From Escherichia coli (GTDB lineage: Bacteria; Pseudomonadota; Gammaproteobacteria; Enterobacterales; Enterobacteriaceae): 64,000 nucleotides of DNA. Where the stretch lies: assembly GCF_003991155.1 (NCBI RefSeq), contig NZ_CP031293.1; one strand, given 5' to 3'. Both the position numbers and the translations under genes were made by a program. Under the pieces are notes generated by a model that saw only the letters and a list, made by a program, of their open reading frames with translations, made no database searches and had not been told where the DNA came from. The number at the start of each line of letters is the position of its first letter. Within the stretch, counting starts at the first letter, position 1. Positions 44,951-56,202 of the stretch are shown here, one piece after another.

Positions 44951-45762
44951 GGTTTTCCTTGTAATAATTGTTGGCCAAGCCAGAACCCCAGCAGCGTATC
45001 GGCCCCTGACGTATGCCCCAGCGCCAGCAGCGAATCGATCGCCGCTGCGGTACGTTTCGGGCAACTCAGAGCATGAACAAAGTGCAGGAGTGGCGAGGCG
45101 AAATATCCTTGCGCGGCATAACGTAAATAACTGACGCTCACCGCTGTGGTAACGAGTTGAAGATTGTCGGAACAGGCAAAAAACGGGCGACCGGAGCGCG
45201 CATCTAAAGCGCCATAATACCAGGCCGCCAGCAGCATTCCGCTCAGCGTGTCATCATGACTTGGCGTTAATCCGGGGCCTTTACCCAGCCAGTGCCGCCA
45301 GTCGGTCTTAACGCCATTGAGCGCGGCCTGAAAACAGTGACGAAACTGGCGTAATTCAGCAGGCAGCGGATCGCTTGCCGCCAACGCCAGCGGCCCGAAA
45401 AGCCCGGTTTCCTCCGCGCGTTGCATCCATGCAGCCGCAAGCGGTTGAGGATGCGCAGGCGGCGTAATACGTAGCAAACAATAACGCTGTGGCTGTTTAA
45501 CCGTGAAACGCCCGAGGCGAATCCCTTGAGCCACAACCTGTGGTCGTTCATTGCCGCATAATCCACCGCATAACGCATCGAATTGCGCGCGGCGAAGCAC
45601 CCATCCTCCGGGGCCGAAACCACTACCCTGACGATGCAGCGTTAACAGTTCGCCGCTTTCCGTCATCAGGTTAATCGCCCGCCGCCACACTCCCGCTAAC
45701 CGCCAGGACTGGCGATAATTCGGTGCGCTACTACTGGCAAGCAGAGGATGGATGATCGTCAT
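44947..45762 (-). CDS. ylbF: YlbF
   Basis: Track ORF to 45855; 271-aa product from [18 protein letters not shown]; conserved position. Confidence 0.8.
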   Translation of the reverse strand: MTIIHPLLASSSAPNYRQSWRLAGVWRRAINLMTESGELLTLHRQGSGFGPGGWVLRRAQFDALCGGLCGNERPQVVAQGIRLGRFTVKQPQRYCLLRITPPAHPQPLAAAWMQRAEETGLFGPLALAASDPLPAELRQFRHCFQAALNGVKTDWRHWLGKGPGLTPSHDDTLSGMLLAAWYYGALDARSGRPFFACSDNLQLVTTAVSVSYLRYAAQGYFASPLLHFVHALSCPKRTAAAIDSLLALGHTSGADTLLGFWLGQQLLQGKP

Positions 45763-45772
45763 TGCGCGGTCC

Positions 45773-47032
45773 TCAACCAATACCCATGCTTTCAGCCAGA
45801 GCTTCCAGCGCCTGTTCAAAGCACGCCAGCGGTGCCCGCACAGTGCCTGCGCCAATCTGCCCGATCCCCGCCTCTTTATGGGCGATACCCGTATTGATGA
45901 GTGGTGTAATGCCGGTTTCTACCACGCGACGAATATCCAGCCCCAGACACGCGCCCTGGAAATCCCAGCCAGGGATCTGCAACTGCATATTGCGTTCAAG
46001 GAAGATTTCCGCCATCTCTTCAGATACCGCTCTGGCCGCTTCCATGCCACCCGCACCGACAAAGCGCGTTACGCCAGGGGCTGCGATCATTGCCGCACCA
46101 CCGATACCAAAGGTTTCGGTAATCGCGCTATCGCCCATATCCGGGTTCGCCTGCTCCTGCGAGAAGCCGGTGAAAAACAGACCTTGCGGAGTGTTTACAG
46201 GCGCAGTAAACCAGCGTTCGCCCAGCCCGCTTACCCGAATCCCGAACATATTGCCGTTGCGGGTCATTGCCGTGACGATGCTGCCTGCGCGGATCATCGC
46301 GCCTGCATCCATCGCCGCCTTGCAGTAGGCCATCGCGAGGTTGAGGAAGAACTGATCGGTCACGCTGAGGAAATCCATCACTTCCGCAATGTGCTGTTTA
46401 TCATGATCGAGGCGAGCAATTTGTGGGGCCAGCGCACGCATTAACAGTGCAGAGGAAGCAATGTTGCGTTGATGGAACTCATCGCCCATGGTAATGCCCT
46501 GCGCCATCATTGCCGTGAGATCGATACCGCGCTCCATGCGCCCCAGCGCCGCGCTTAATACTGGCATTAACACATCGCGCATCCAGCGATGGCGAGTCAG
46601 GACATCTTCGCCGTAAGCGCCAAAACGCATCACTTTGCCGATACCTTCGTTGAGGTTGCAGTACGCCCGGTTGCCGTCGGTCACGTTCTCGACCACCAGC
46701 ATCGGCATACTGGCAGAAGTAATGCCACCCATTGGCCCGACGGCATTCACATGGTGACAAGGAATGAAGTTCACTTCCCCCTGCTCCAGCATCGCCAGCG
46801 CCTGCGCTTCATCTTTCGCCCAGCCTTCGAACAGACATGCGCCCACGCACGCCCCTTTCATGGGTCCGGTCATCTCCTGCCAGCGCATTGGCGGCCCGGC
46901 GTGAAGCAGTGTTTTGCCCTTGTTTAGTTCGCTGATAAGTGAAGAAGCCGGTTGCACATCCAGCCAGTGTGGACGAGCGCGACGAATTTGTTCGATAACC
47001 GCAGCATTGGCTTGCGCCACTGATGTAAACAT
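45773..47032 (-). CDS. ylbE: YlbE
   Basis: 419-aa ORF, conserved neighbour of fdrA. Confidence 0.8.
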   Translation of the reverse strand: MFTSVAQANAAVIEQIRRARPHWLDVQPASSLISELNKGKTLLHAGPPMRWQEMTGPMKGACVGACLFEGWAKDEAQALAMLEQGEVNFIPCHHVNAVGPMGGITSASMPMLVVENVTDGNRAYCNLNEGIGKVMRFGAYGEDVLTRHRWMRDVLMPVLSAALGRMERGIDLTAMMAQGITMGDEFHQRNIASSALLMRALAPQIARLDHDKQHIAEVMDFLSVTDQFFLNLAMAYCKAAMDAGAMIRAGSIVTAMTRNGNMFGIRVSGLGERWFTAPVNTPQGLFFTGFSQEQANPDMGDSAITETFGIGGAAMIAAPGVTRFVGAGGMEAARAVSEEMAEIFLERNMQLQIPGWDFQGACLGLDIRRVVETGITPLINTGIAHKEAGIGQIGAGTVRAPLACFEQALEALAESMGIG

Positions 47033-47041
47033 GGGAACCCC

Positions 47042-48709
47042 TTATTGCAAACGTTCTAATAAACGAGCCAGTTTTTTATTGCCGCCGGCGACTGGCGACC
47101 ATTGGTAATGCACAACCGGTTTGCTGGCGCTTTGTAGCTCCAGCGCAAAGCTGCGTAATCCGATGTTAATCACGGCGACGTTTTCCAGTAATGACGGTGT
47201 GTGTTGCTGTGTGGCAGGCGAGAGCGGATGAATTAACGCCGCCGCCAGCAAGGTGGCTTCCGGTAGCGAACTCACTACCGCGATCCCCGCATCTTCCAAC
47301 GTGGCGATTTGCTGCGCGCGGCATTGCGGGTCACGTTCAGTGCCTGTCACCGTGGCAATGGCATACAGTGGTTGATTGTCTGAACGCGCGGCACAGGCTT
47401 TTTGCCAGGCGCTCACCAGCGAGGCGGCAGGATCGGCGGTCGCACCGAAGCCAATCACGACATCAAGCAGCAACACGCGCACTTGCGGTTTAGCGCCGAG
47501 ATCGGCAATTAACAGGTTGCGTAAGGTCGGGTCGATCATCGGATGGGGACGCCCGACGGTGTAAAAATCATCGCCCAGGTCGAGGATCTGATGTCCGTCG
47601 GCGTCCAGCATCATGCCATGTTGATGGGTATCGTCGGCTTCCACGCCAAGGTGTCCGGCAAGTAATCCCGCCGCTTCAGCAGCCAGCGTACCGCCGGTAT
47701 ACAAACCGCAAATAAATCCGCTGCTGACAGGCGCTATCGCGTTACGTCGCGCAGTGACGCGTGAAAGCAGACAAGCCAGGCGTGCGGCCTCATCCAGCGA
47801 GGAGGCAAACCAGACATTCTCGTCGCGGGCCACCGCCGGGGTATAACCTAAAAACAGCGCCACCGTCGGTTTGCCAGTTGCTTTCATGGCATTAACAATT
47901 TTCAGACGCACAGCTTCGGCAGGTGGTTTTGAAACAAATGCCAGCACTTCGCTTTTCTCGTCTGCACTGAGCATTTCCAGCGCCGTCAGCGCACTGATGC
48001 CGCCAACTTCACGGCTGAGGTCACGCCCGCCAAGGCCAATCGCATGAGTAATTCCCTCCCCTGCCAGCGCAATCTGTGAGCACAGCTCCTGAATCCCGGT
48101 ACCGGAAGCGCCAATGACGCCAATGTTGCCTTCCGGCATCACGTTAGCAAAAGCCAGCGGCGTGGCGGCAATCATCGATGTACCGCAGTCTGGCCCCATC
48201 ACCAGCAAGCCTTTTCCCCGCGCGCGGGTTTTAAGTTGGATTTCATCTTCCAGCGTGACGTTATCGGAGAACATCATCACGTTGAGGTTGCGATCCAGCG
48301 CCTGATTCGCCAGCTCCGCCGCATACTCACCAGCCACTGAAATCAGCGCCAGATTGGCATCGGGTAATTTCTGACAGGCACTGTCCCAGCGACGCACCTG
48401 CGTCAACGCCTGGCTGCTGCCTGAACCCTGCGCCAGTTGTTTTAGCGCCTCTTCAAGCTGTTGCATAATCGCCTGCGCGATCCCCGCATCCGCCGCTTCG
48501 CTACGAATTGCCACGCAAATATCGTTCGGCGTGGCGTTATTAAAATCGTCATGCCAGAAACCTGTGGTATCTAATAACGCTTTATTGGCGGGCGTACCCA
48601 TCATTACGGAAACATCATCAACATTTTCTGATTCGCTGAGTTTTCGTGAAATAATCATTAAACTGACCGAATCCTGAAAACACCCTTTTTTAATAAAGGC
48701 GTGGATCAT
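47042..48709 (-). CDS. fdrA: FdrA (acyl-CoA synthetase-like protein)
   Basis: 555 aa; conserved position. Confidence 0.88.
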   Translation of the reverse strand: MIHAFIKKGCFQDSVSLMIISRKLSESENVDDVSVMMGTPANKALLDTTGFWHDDFNNATPNDICVAIRSEAADAGIAQAIMQQLEEALKQLAQGSGSSQALTQVRRWDSACQKLPDANLALISVAGEYAAELANQALDRNLNVMMFSDNVTLEDEIQLKTRARGKGLLVMGPDCGTSMIAATPLAFANVMPEGNIGVIGASGTGIQELCSQIALAGEGITHAIGLGGRDLSREVGGISALTALEMLSADEKSEVLAFVSKPPAEAVRLKIVNAMKATGKPTVALFLGYTPAVARDENVWFASSLDEAARLACLLSRVTARRNAIAPVSSGFICGLYTGGTLAAEAAGLLAGHLGVEADDTHQHGMMLDADGHQILDLGDDFYTVGRPHPMIDPTLRNLLIADLGAKPQVRVLLLDVVIGFGATADPAASLVSAWQKACAARSDNQPLYAIATVTGTERDPQCRAQQIATLEDAGIAVVSSLPEATLLAAALIHPLSPATQQHTPSLLENVAVINIGLRSFALELQSASKPVVHYQWSPVAGGNKKLARLLERLQ

Positions 48710-49025
48710 AACAACTCCTTAAAAATTGCACCCATGGCAATTGCACGAGCAGTGTTAATGTGGCGATTACGGTATCGATGACAACGAGTAAATAAGGTGA
48801 TGAATATCACACAGGGATTATTAACAAAAGAATTCAAATAACCGCCAGGTTATTACGCGTTATTTTTTAATAAGCGTGGTTGTTTTAAAAACCAGGTTAA
48901 AAGCGAGCGGATTATCAAATAAATTCTAACTATATTTTTTTGCCTGTCTGGATCACATAATCCAGATATTTTCCCTGTATGTTAATTGCAGTCATGCTTC
49001 ACACCGTCGTTAAAAAGGAAGACAG

Positions 49026-50075
49026 ATGAAAATCAGTCGGGAAACACTCCACCAGCTAATCGAGAATAAACTCTGCCTGGCTGGGTTAAAACGTGAGCAC
49101 GCTGCAACCGTGGCTGAAGTATTGGTTTACGCCGATGCCAGAGGGATCCACTCTCATGGCGCGGTGCGCGTGGAATACTACGCCGAACGTATTTCAAAAG
49201 GCGGCACCAACCGCGAACCAGAGTTTCGTCTTGAAGAAACCGGACCGTGCTCGGCAATTTTACATGCCGACAATGCCGCCGGACAGGTCGCGGCGAAAAT
49301 GGGTATGGAACATGCCATCAAAACCGCCCAGCAAAATGGCGTTGCGGTGGTCGGTATCAACCGGATGGGTCACAGCGGCGCAATCTCTTATTTTGTGCAG
49401 CAGGCAGCCCACGCCGGATTGATTGGTATTTCAATGTGCCAGTCCGATCCAATGGTGGTGCCGTTTGGCGGCGCGGAAATTTACTACGGTACTAACCCAC
49501 TGGCCTTTGCCGCGCCGGGAGAAGGCGACGAGATCCTTACCTTTGATATGGCGACGACCGTACAGGCATGGGGAAAAGTGCTCGACGCCCGCTCGCGCAA
49601 TATGTCTATACCCGATACCTGGGCGGTCGATAAAAACGGTGCGCCAACAACCGATCCGTTCGCGGTACATGCTCTGCTCCCCGCAGCTGGGCCGAAAGGG
49701 TATGGCCTGATGATGATGATTGACGTCCTCTCAGGCGTCTTACTCGGCTTACCGTTCGGGCGACAGGTTAGTTCGATGTATGACGATTTACACGCCGGGC
49801 GTAATTTGGGGCAATTACATATCGTTATTAATCCGAGCTTTTTCTCCTCCAGCGAATTATTCCGTCAACATCTTAGCCAGACCATGCGCGAATTAAATGC
49901 CATTACCCCCGCGCCCGGTTTTAATCAGGTTTATTATCCCGGACAGGATCAGGATATTAAACAACGCAAAGCCGCCGTCGAAGGCATCGAAATTGTTGAT
50001 GATATTTACCAGTATTTGATTTCCGACGCGCTTTATAACACGTCATACGAAACGAAAAATCCCTTTGCGCAATAA
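49026..50075 (+). CDS. allD: Ureidoglycolate dehydrogenase AllD
   Basis: 349 aa; conserved position in allantoin cluster. Confidence 0.9.
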   Translation: MKISRETLHQLIENKLCLAGLKREHAATVAEVLVYADARGIHSHGAVRVEYYAERISKGGTNREPEFRLEETGPCSAILHADNAAGQVAAKMGMEHAIKTAQQNGVAVVGINRMGHSGAISYFVQQAAHAGLIGISMCQSDPMVVPFGGAEIYYGTNPLAFAAPGEGDEILTFDMATTVQAWGKVLDARSRNMSIPDTWAVDKNGAPTTDPFAVHALLPAAGPKGYGLMMMIDVLSGVLLGLPFGRQVSSMYDDLHAGRNLGQLHIVINPSFFSSSELFRQHLSQTMRELNAITPAPGFNQVYYPGQDQDIKQRKAAVEGIEIVDDIYQYLISDALYNTSYETKNPFAQ

Positions 50076-50096
50076 TTATTGAGACAGGACTTTCTT

Positions 50097-51332
50097 ATGA
50101 TTACACATTTCCGTCAAGCTATAGAAGAAACGCTGCCCTGGCTTTCCTCTTTTGGCGCTGACCCAACCGGCGGTATGACCCGTTTACTTTATTCGCCGGA
50201 ATGGTTGGAAACCCAGCAGCAATTTAAAAAAAGAATGGCAGCAAGTGGGCTGGAAACACGTTTCGATGAAGTGGGGAATTTATACGGTCGACTGAGTGGC
50301 ACCGAATATCCACAGGAAGTGATTCTGAGCGGTTCGCATATTGATACCGTGGTTAACGGCGGTAACCTCGACGGGCAATTCGGTGCGCTGGCGGCGTGGC
50401 TGGCAATTGACCGGCTGAAAACGCAATACGGCGCGCCGTTACGTACGGTCGAAGTGGTGGCGATGGCAGAAGAAGAAGGCAGCCGCTTCCCGTATGTCTT
50501 CTGGGGCAGTAAAAATATCTTTGGGCTGGCGAATCCTGACGACGTGCGGAATATCTGTGATGCCAAAGGAAATAGTTTTGTCGATGCGATGAAGGCTTGC
50601 GGATTTACTCTGCCGAACGCCCCACTAACTCCGCGTCAGGATATTAAAGCCTTTGTCGAACTGCATATCGAACAGGGCTGTGTGCTGGAAAGTAATGGGC
50701 AGTCAATTGGCGTGGTGAATGCAATTGTCGGGCAACGTCGCTATACGGTGACGCTGAATGGCGAATCAAACCATGCAGGCACCACGCCGATGGGTTATCG
50801 TCGTGATACGGTTTACGCTTTCAGTCGCATTTGCCATCAGTCGATCGAAAAAGCGAAAAAGATGGGCGACCCGCTGGTGCTGACCTTTGGTAAGGTGGAG
50901 CCGCGCCCGAATACGGTGAATGTGGTGCCGGGTAAAACCACGTTCACCATTGATTGTCGTCATACCGACGCCGCCGTGCTGCGCAATTTCACCCAACAGT
51001 TAGAAAACGACATGCGGGCGATTTGCGATGAAATGGATATTGGTATTGATATCGATTTATGGATGGACGAAGAACCCGTGCCGATGAATAAGGAGCTGGT
51101 CGCCACCCTGACAGAATTGTGTGAAAGTGAAAAACAGAACTACCGGGTAATGCACAGTGGTGCCGGACACGACGCGCAAATTTTCGCGCCTCGCGTGCCG
51201 ACCTGCATGATTTTCATTCCCAGCATCAACGGGATCAGTCATAACCCGGCGGAACGCACCAATATTACCGACCTTGCCGAAGGGGTCAAAACGTTGGCAC
51301 TCATGCTTTATCAACTTGCCTGGCAGAAATAA
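50097..51332 (+). CDS. allC: Allantoate amidohydrolase AllC
   Basis: Track ORF 50079..51332; product from MITHFRQAIEETLPWL; M20 peptidase-like. Confidence 0.9.
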   Translation: MITHFRQAIEETLPWLSSFGADPTGGMTRLLYSPEWLETQQQFKKRMAASGLETRFDEVGNLYGRLSGTEYPQEVILSGSHIDTVVNGGNLDGQFGALAAWLAIDRLKTQYGAPLRTVEVVAMAEEEGSRFPYVFWGSKNIFGLANPDDVRNICDAKGNSFVDAMKACGFTLPNAPLTPRQDIKAFVELHIEQGCVLESNGQSIGVVNAIVGQRRYTVTLNGESNHAGTTPMGYRRDTVYAFSRICHQSIEKAKKMGDPLVLTFGKVEPRPNTVNVVPGKTTFTIDCRHTDAAVLRNFTQQLENDMRAICDEMDIGIDIDLWMDEEPVPMNKELVATLTELCESEKQNYRVMHSGAGHDAQIFAPRVPTCMIFIPSINGISHNPAERTNITDLAEGVKTLALMLYQLAWQK

Positions 51333-51342
51333 GGAGTTATAA

Positions 51343-52128
51343 ATGGGATATTTAAATAACGTCACCGGTTACCGCGATGATTTACTGGCTAACCGTGCGA
51401 TTGTGAAACACGGTAATTTCGCGCTGTTAACCCCGGACGGCCTGGTAAAAAATATTATTCCGGGCTTTGAAAATTGTGACGCGACAATCCTCTCCACGCC
51501 AAAACTGGGTGCCTCTTTTGTTGATTATCTGGTCACACTGCATCAAAACGGCGGCAACCAACAGGGCTTCGGTGGCGAAGGCATTGAAACGTTCCTGTAT
51601 GTGATCTCTGGAAATATCACTGCCAAAGCCGAAGGGAAAACATTTGCCTTAAGCGAAGGTGGCTATCTTTATTGCCCGCCAGGCTCCTTAATGACGTTTG
51701 TTAACGTCCAGGCCGAAGACAGCCAAATCTTTTTATATAAGCGTCGCTATGTTCCGGTAGAAGGCCATGCGCCGTGGCTGGTTTCTGGCAATGCCAGCGA
51801 ACTGGAACGCATTCATTATGAAGGCATGGACGATGTTATTCTGCTGGATTTTCTGCCCAAAGAGTTAGGTTTTGATATGAACATGCATATCCTCTCTTTT
51901 GCGCCAGGTGCCAGCCACGGTTATATCGAAACTCACGTCCAGGAACACGGTGCCTATATTCTTTCCGGTCAGGGGGTTTATAACCTCGACAATAACTGGA
52001 TCCCGGTGAAAAAAGGCGATTACATCTTTATGGGCGCTTATTCCTTACAGGCTGGTTATGGCGTAGGGCGTGGTGAAGCGTTCAGCTATATTTACTCGAA
52101 AGATTGCAACCGCGACGTAGAGATTTAA
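51343..52128 (+). CDS. allE: Ureidoglycine aminohydrolase AllE (YlbA), cupin
   Basis: 261 aa; conserved position. Confidence 0.88.
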   Translation: MGYLNNVTGYRDDLLANRAIVKHGNFALLTPDGLVKNIIPGFENCDATILSTPKLGASFVDYLVTLHQNGGNQQGFGGEGIETFLYVISGNITAKAEGKTFALSEGGYLYCPPGSLMTFVNVQAEDSQIFLYKRRYVPVEGHAPWLVSGNASELERIHYEGMDDVILLDFLPKELGFDMNMHILSFAPGASHGYIETHVQEHGAYILSGQGVYNLDNNWIPVKKGDYIFMGAYSLQAGYGVGRGEAFSYIYSKDCNRDVEI

Positions 52129-52257
52129 GTCATACCACTCGCCTGATTATTTTTAGCTATGTTGGATTTTGCCACGGTTTATTCCGTGGCTTTTTTTGCG
52201 GTAAATTCAGGTAAAAAACGGATGCGATATAAATCGCATCCGCTTTAAAGGTAATAG

Positions 52258-53403
52258 TCAGTTTTTAATTCCCTGACCTATTTTAATGGCGCAGGCAATA
52301 TTTCGTGCGCTGTTGAAGAGATTGGTTTCACCGCTGGCGAGCACTTCGGCTAAAGGTGCCAGACGTGGCAAAATGCTGAACACCGCGTCAATGCCGTACT
52401 GGTGCACCACTTCCACGCCATCACCCAATACGCCAGCAATCCCAATCACCGGGACATTAAACTGCTTCGCCACCGATGCCACACCCAGCGGCGCTTTACC
52501 GCCTGCCGTTTGCGAGTCGATGCGCCCTTCCCCGGTGATCACCAGTGCTGCACCCTGCACTGCCTGCGCAAGATTGACCGCATTCAACACAATCTCAATA
52601 CCCGGTTTAATATCCGCATTGAGGAATACCGCCGCCGCAATGCCCATACCGCCCGCCGCGCCACCACCCGCCATCTGGCAGACGTTGATTTCAGTTAGCT
52701 GTTGTAAAACACGGGCGTAATTTTGCAGCCCCTGTTCCAACTCTTCGACCATCTCCGGCGTTGCCCCTTTTTGCGGGCCAAACACCGCCGCCGCGCCGCG
52801 TGCCCCTACCAGCGGGTTATCAACATCACATGCGACTTCAATATGACAGTTCGCCAGACGCGGATCGCATTCATTCATCTCAATACTTGCCACGCGCGCT
52901 AAATTGCCGCCGTTAGCCGCCAGCGGCTGACCGTCGGCATCAAGGAAACGCACACCGAGCGCCTGCGCCATGCCCATACCGCCGTCGACCGTCGCACTGC
53001 CGCCAATGCCGAGAATAATATGGCGAATGCCGTTATCCAGCGCATGGCGAATTAACTCCCCCGTACCAAAACTGGAGGCCAGCAACGGATTACGCTTTTC
53101 AGGCGCGACCAGCATCAGGCCACTTGCTGCCGCCATCTCAATCACTGCCGTTTTCCCGTCGCCGGTAAGGCCATAAAAAGCATTCACTGTTTCGCCCATC
53201 GGTCCACAGACTTCAAGCTTCACGATGTTACCGTCCGTCGCGGCGACCATCGCCTCCACCGTCCCTTCGCCGCCATCCGCTATCGGCAAACAGATATAGT
53301 GCGCATCGGGAAAGAGGGTCGAAAACCCGGCTTTAATTGCCTGACAACATTTTTCTGCACTTAAGCTCTCTTTAAAAGAGTCTGGCGCAATGACAATCTT
53401 CAT
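52258..53403 (-). CDS. glxK: Glycerate kinase II GlxK
   Basis: Product from [18 protein letters not shown]; conserved position. Confidence 0.9.
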   Translation of the reverse strand: MKIVIAPDSFKESLSAEKCCQAIKAGFSTLFPDAHYICLPIADGGEGTVEAMVAATDGNIVKLEVCGPMGETVNAFYGLTGDGKTAVIEMAAASGLMLVAPEKRNPLLASSFGTGELIRHALDNGIRHIILGIGGSATVDGGMGMAQALGVRFLDADGQPLAANGGNLARVASIEMNECDPRLANCHIEVACDVDNPLVGARGAAAVFGPQKGATPEMVEELEQGLQNYARVLQQLTEINVCQMAGGGAAGGMGIAAAVFLNADIKPGIEIVLNAVNLAQAVQGAALVITGEGRIDSQTAGGKAPLGVASVAKQFNVPVIGIAGVLGDGVEVVHQYGIDAVFSILPRLAPLAEVLASGETNLFNSARNIACAIKIGQGIKN

Positions 53404-53424
53404 TATCAATCCTTTTTCAACAAA

Positions 53425-54732
53425 TTATTCGATGCGTTCCCACGGAATAAGATTATCCATAAGAACAGCCAGTAAAATTCCGACCAGTAAGCCGTTACTG
53501 AGCAGAGGACGAAGCGTTAATGGAAGGTCTTGCAGATACACAGGCGGTAATGCCATTAAAAATATGCCGACAAATAACGGCAATGCGAGTCGATAAATAT
53601 TGCGAGCGGTAAACGTTATTTGCTGGCTAAACACCAGCGCGGAAAAGAGTAAAGGCAGATAAGAAACCAGCATGACCGCGCTACTCACGGGTAAAGGGAT
53701 ACTGCAAAACAGTCGCGTGAGTGCCGGAACCAGTGCCACCAGCAGGCAAATAACGCTGCCATAAATAAACGAACGCCGCGTGTAATCGCCAGTCTGGGTT
53801 AATAAACCAATGGATGAAACAAACGGTGAAAATGGAATTACTGCCAGCGGCACGGTTATCAGTGTCATAAATCCGGTCGCCACAAAGCTGCGACGATAAC
53901 GCGTATTCCCCGCGCCCTGCTGCGGATAAAAAACATCCGTGCCCCGAATCGCACCGTAGGTATTGCTGATATTTACCAGACCTGTAATCACCGCCGTCAG
54001 AATAATCCCCGGCGACAAAGCACCGCCACTGCCGAGCGGGAACCACTGCCAGTGCAACTCACCGGAGAGCGAATGCGAAGAAGGAAAGCAAAAGTACCAC
54101 AACAACCAGCCGGTTATTGTACCGACCAGCAGGCCGTAACGGGCAAAACGTTGTGGCAGGAAAATAATCATCGCCAGTACCAGGCACATCACCGCCACCG
54201 AGAGCGCGAACGGCGGTAATTGAATTTTAAAATTCGGGTCGGCTATGCCAAACGGCAGCCCGAGCATACCTTTGAAAAAGATAGTGGTCAGTTGCGCACC
54301 CAGCATCAACATAAACAAGACCATCACAGACGGCGTAAATAACCGTGCCAGGCGATGGCCTAATCCGCTAAAACCAATCAACATCGTCAGCACGCCGGAG
54401 AGCGCAATCCCCACCGCCAGACTGGTAGCGATATCGTTGATCGGTGTCCCGCGCGATGCTTCGCCAAGGGTGATAGTCAGGATGGTTCCCCACCACAGGC
54501 CGCCCGGCCCCTCCATAATAGCGCGACGATGACCACAGAACGCCTGAGCGAAGCAGGCCAGTGCGGTAGCAAGAAAAGCATATTGCGTGAGCGTAAGCAG
54601 GCTACTTTGCGGCAACTGAAAAGCAGAAAGTAGCGTAGGAGGAACCACAACCGTGTTGCAAAAAATAAAGAAAAACCACTGAAATCCTGATAATAGGCTT
54701 TCGCGGCCCACTGCAAAATTGAACATAAACAC
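53425..54732 (-). CDS. ybbY: Putative purine permease YbbY
   Basis: 435-aa polytopic membrane protein; start not refined. Confidence 0.85.
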   Translation of the reverse strand: MFMFNFAVGRESLLSGFQWFFFIFCNTVVVPPTLLSAFQLPQSSLLTLTQYAFLATALACFAQAFCGHRRAIMEGPGGLWWGTILTITLGEASRGTPINDIATSLAVGIALSGVLTMLIGFSGLGHRLARLFTPSVMVLFMLMLGAQLTTIFFKGMLGLPFGIADPNFKIQLPPFALSVAVMCLVLAMIIFLPQRFARYGLLVGTITGWLLWYFCFPSSHSLSGELHWQWFPLGSGGALSPGIILTAVITGLVNISNTYGAIRGTDVFYPQQGAGNTRYRRSFVATGFMTLITVPLAVIPFSPFVSSIGLLTQTGDYTRRSFIYGSVICLLVALVPALTRLFCSIPLPVSSAVMLVSYLPLLFSALVFSQQITFTARNIYRLALPLFVGIFLMALPPVYLQDLPLTLRPLLSNGLLVGILLAVLMDNLIPWERIE

Positions 54733-54781
54733 ACCTTAACCGGAGAATGCCCGCCACAAGGACGGGCATTGCAGGGCCAGA

Positions 54782-56143
54782 TTACTGCTGATGTTTAAGG
54801 ATAAATTGACCTTTCGGCGCAACAGGGAAGCCCTGTTCGATATCGTAAATCACATCACCACGTAAGATGGTTTTCGTGATACGCGCGCCAATAGTACGGC
54901 CAACATACGGGCTGACTTTGTGGCGATATTCCAGAGCGTCATTGGTAAGAACATAGCTGCTATTCGGCTGAATGAAGACGAAGTCGGCATCTTTTCCTGG
55001 GGCGATACGGCCTTTTTGCTGCAGACCGAAAATATCTGCTGCGTTAGTCGCCATTAATTTGCCGAACATTGGCAGAGACATTCCGCGTTTCTGTACCGCT
55101 TCATCGAACATCACGTCCATGCAGCTTTGCAGACCAGCGATACCGCCCCACGCTTTCATGATGTTACCGGCTTTCATTTCCGGCGGGCATGGAGAGTGGT
55201 CGGAAACCAGGCAGTCTATTTCACCGTTAAACAGTTTTTCCCACATGCCTTTCTGGTTTTCCAGATCGCGGATCGGCGGTGAACACTTCGCCAGAGTACC
55301 GATTTCTTCGAACTGATCGGTATCCAGCACAAAGTAATGCGGGCAGGATTCACAAGTAACATCCTGACCTTCCTGACGTGCACGAGTCACTTCCTCAACA
55401 CCTTCCGGGCTGCTGACGTGGCAAACGTGCAGACGGCAACCAGCGACTTTCGCCAGGTACAGTACGCGGCGAATCGCTTCCACTTCGGTAAATACCGGAC
55501 GCGAAGCCACATAGTCATGGGCAGTTACGCGACCTTCACGCTTCGCTTCTTCGCCCAGTGCGTCACAGATCAGCGCGTTTTCGCAGTGCACCAGCACCGG
55601 CTGGCCTAGTTCACCCAGCTTCTGCGCGCCTTTGAAGAATTGCCAGTCATTGACGTCACGGAAGTCGTTGTCGATACCGCGATCGCCACAGGTCGCAACG
55701 AAGCATTTGAAACCGACAACACCCACTTCATCCAGCTCATGCAGACGGTCAATGTTGTAAGACACCAGGCCACCGAGTTGTGCCGCATCGATAGTCAGCT
55801 TTCCTTTAGCGGCATCGAACTTCAGTTCAATTGAGGCGCGGTCAACCGTTGCAGGCAGCTGGTTGAGCGGCATTTCGATCATGGTGGTGATACCACCTTT
55901 TGCTGCTGCGCGAGTACCGGTTTCATAACCTTCCCAGTGGCTGCGACCCGGTTCAGAAATATGGGTGTGCGCATCAACCATGCCCGGCGAAACCACCAGA
56001 CCAGACGCATCCATAACGTCTTTTGCATCGCCCAGATCCTGGCCGATAGCAGCAATTTTTCCGTCTTTAACGGCGATATCTACAACGCGAGCTTCGTTTT
56101 CTAAAATAACGGTGCCGTTTTTAATGATTAAATCAAAAGACAT
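54782..56143 (-). CDS. allB: Allantoinase AllB
   Basis: 453 aa amidohydrolase. Confidence 0.93.
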   Translation of the reverse strand: MSFDLIIKNGTVILENEARVVDIAVKDGKIAAIGQDLGDAKDVMDASGLVVSPGMVDAHTHISEPGRSHWEGYETGTRAAAKGGITTMIEMPLNQLPATVDRASIELKFDAAKGKLTIDAAQLGGLVSYNIDRLHELDEVGVVGFKCFVATCGDRGIDNDFRDVNDWQFFKGAQKLGELGQPVLVHCENALICDALGEEAKREGRVTAHDYVASRPVFTEVEAIRRVLYLAKVAGCRLHVCHVSSPEGVEEVTRARQEGQDVTCESCPHYFVLDTDQFEEIGTLAKCSPPIRDLENQKGMWEKLFNGEIDCLVSDHSPCPPEMKAGNIMKAWGGIAGLQSCMDVMFDEAVQKRGMSLPMFGKLMATNAADIFGLQQKGRIAPGKDADFVFIQPNSSYVLTNDALEYRHKVSPYVGRTIGARITKTILRGDVIYDIEQGFPVAPKGQFILKHQQ

Positions 56144-56202
56144 AACAAACTCCTTGTAAAATACAGATTGGTTTTTAACTCAATGTTCAATATCGTGATT
56201 AA

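Noticed and set aside
44947-45855. N-terminal extensions of track ORFs (ylbF, ybcF, gcl, sfmC, sfmF, purE, allC, C, E, O)
   Set aside because: Track ORFs run to the most upstream possible start; conserved protein N-termini and signal peptides indicate internal Met or GTG starts, so the shorter coordinates are reported.
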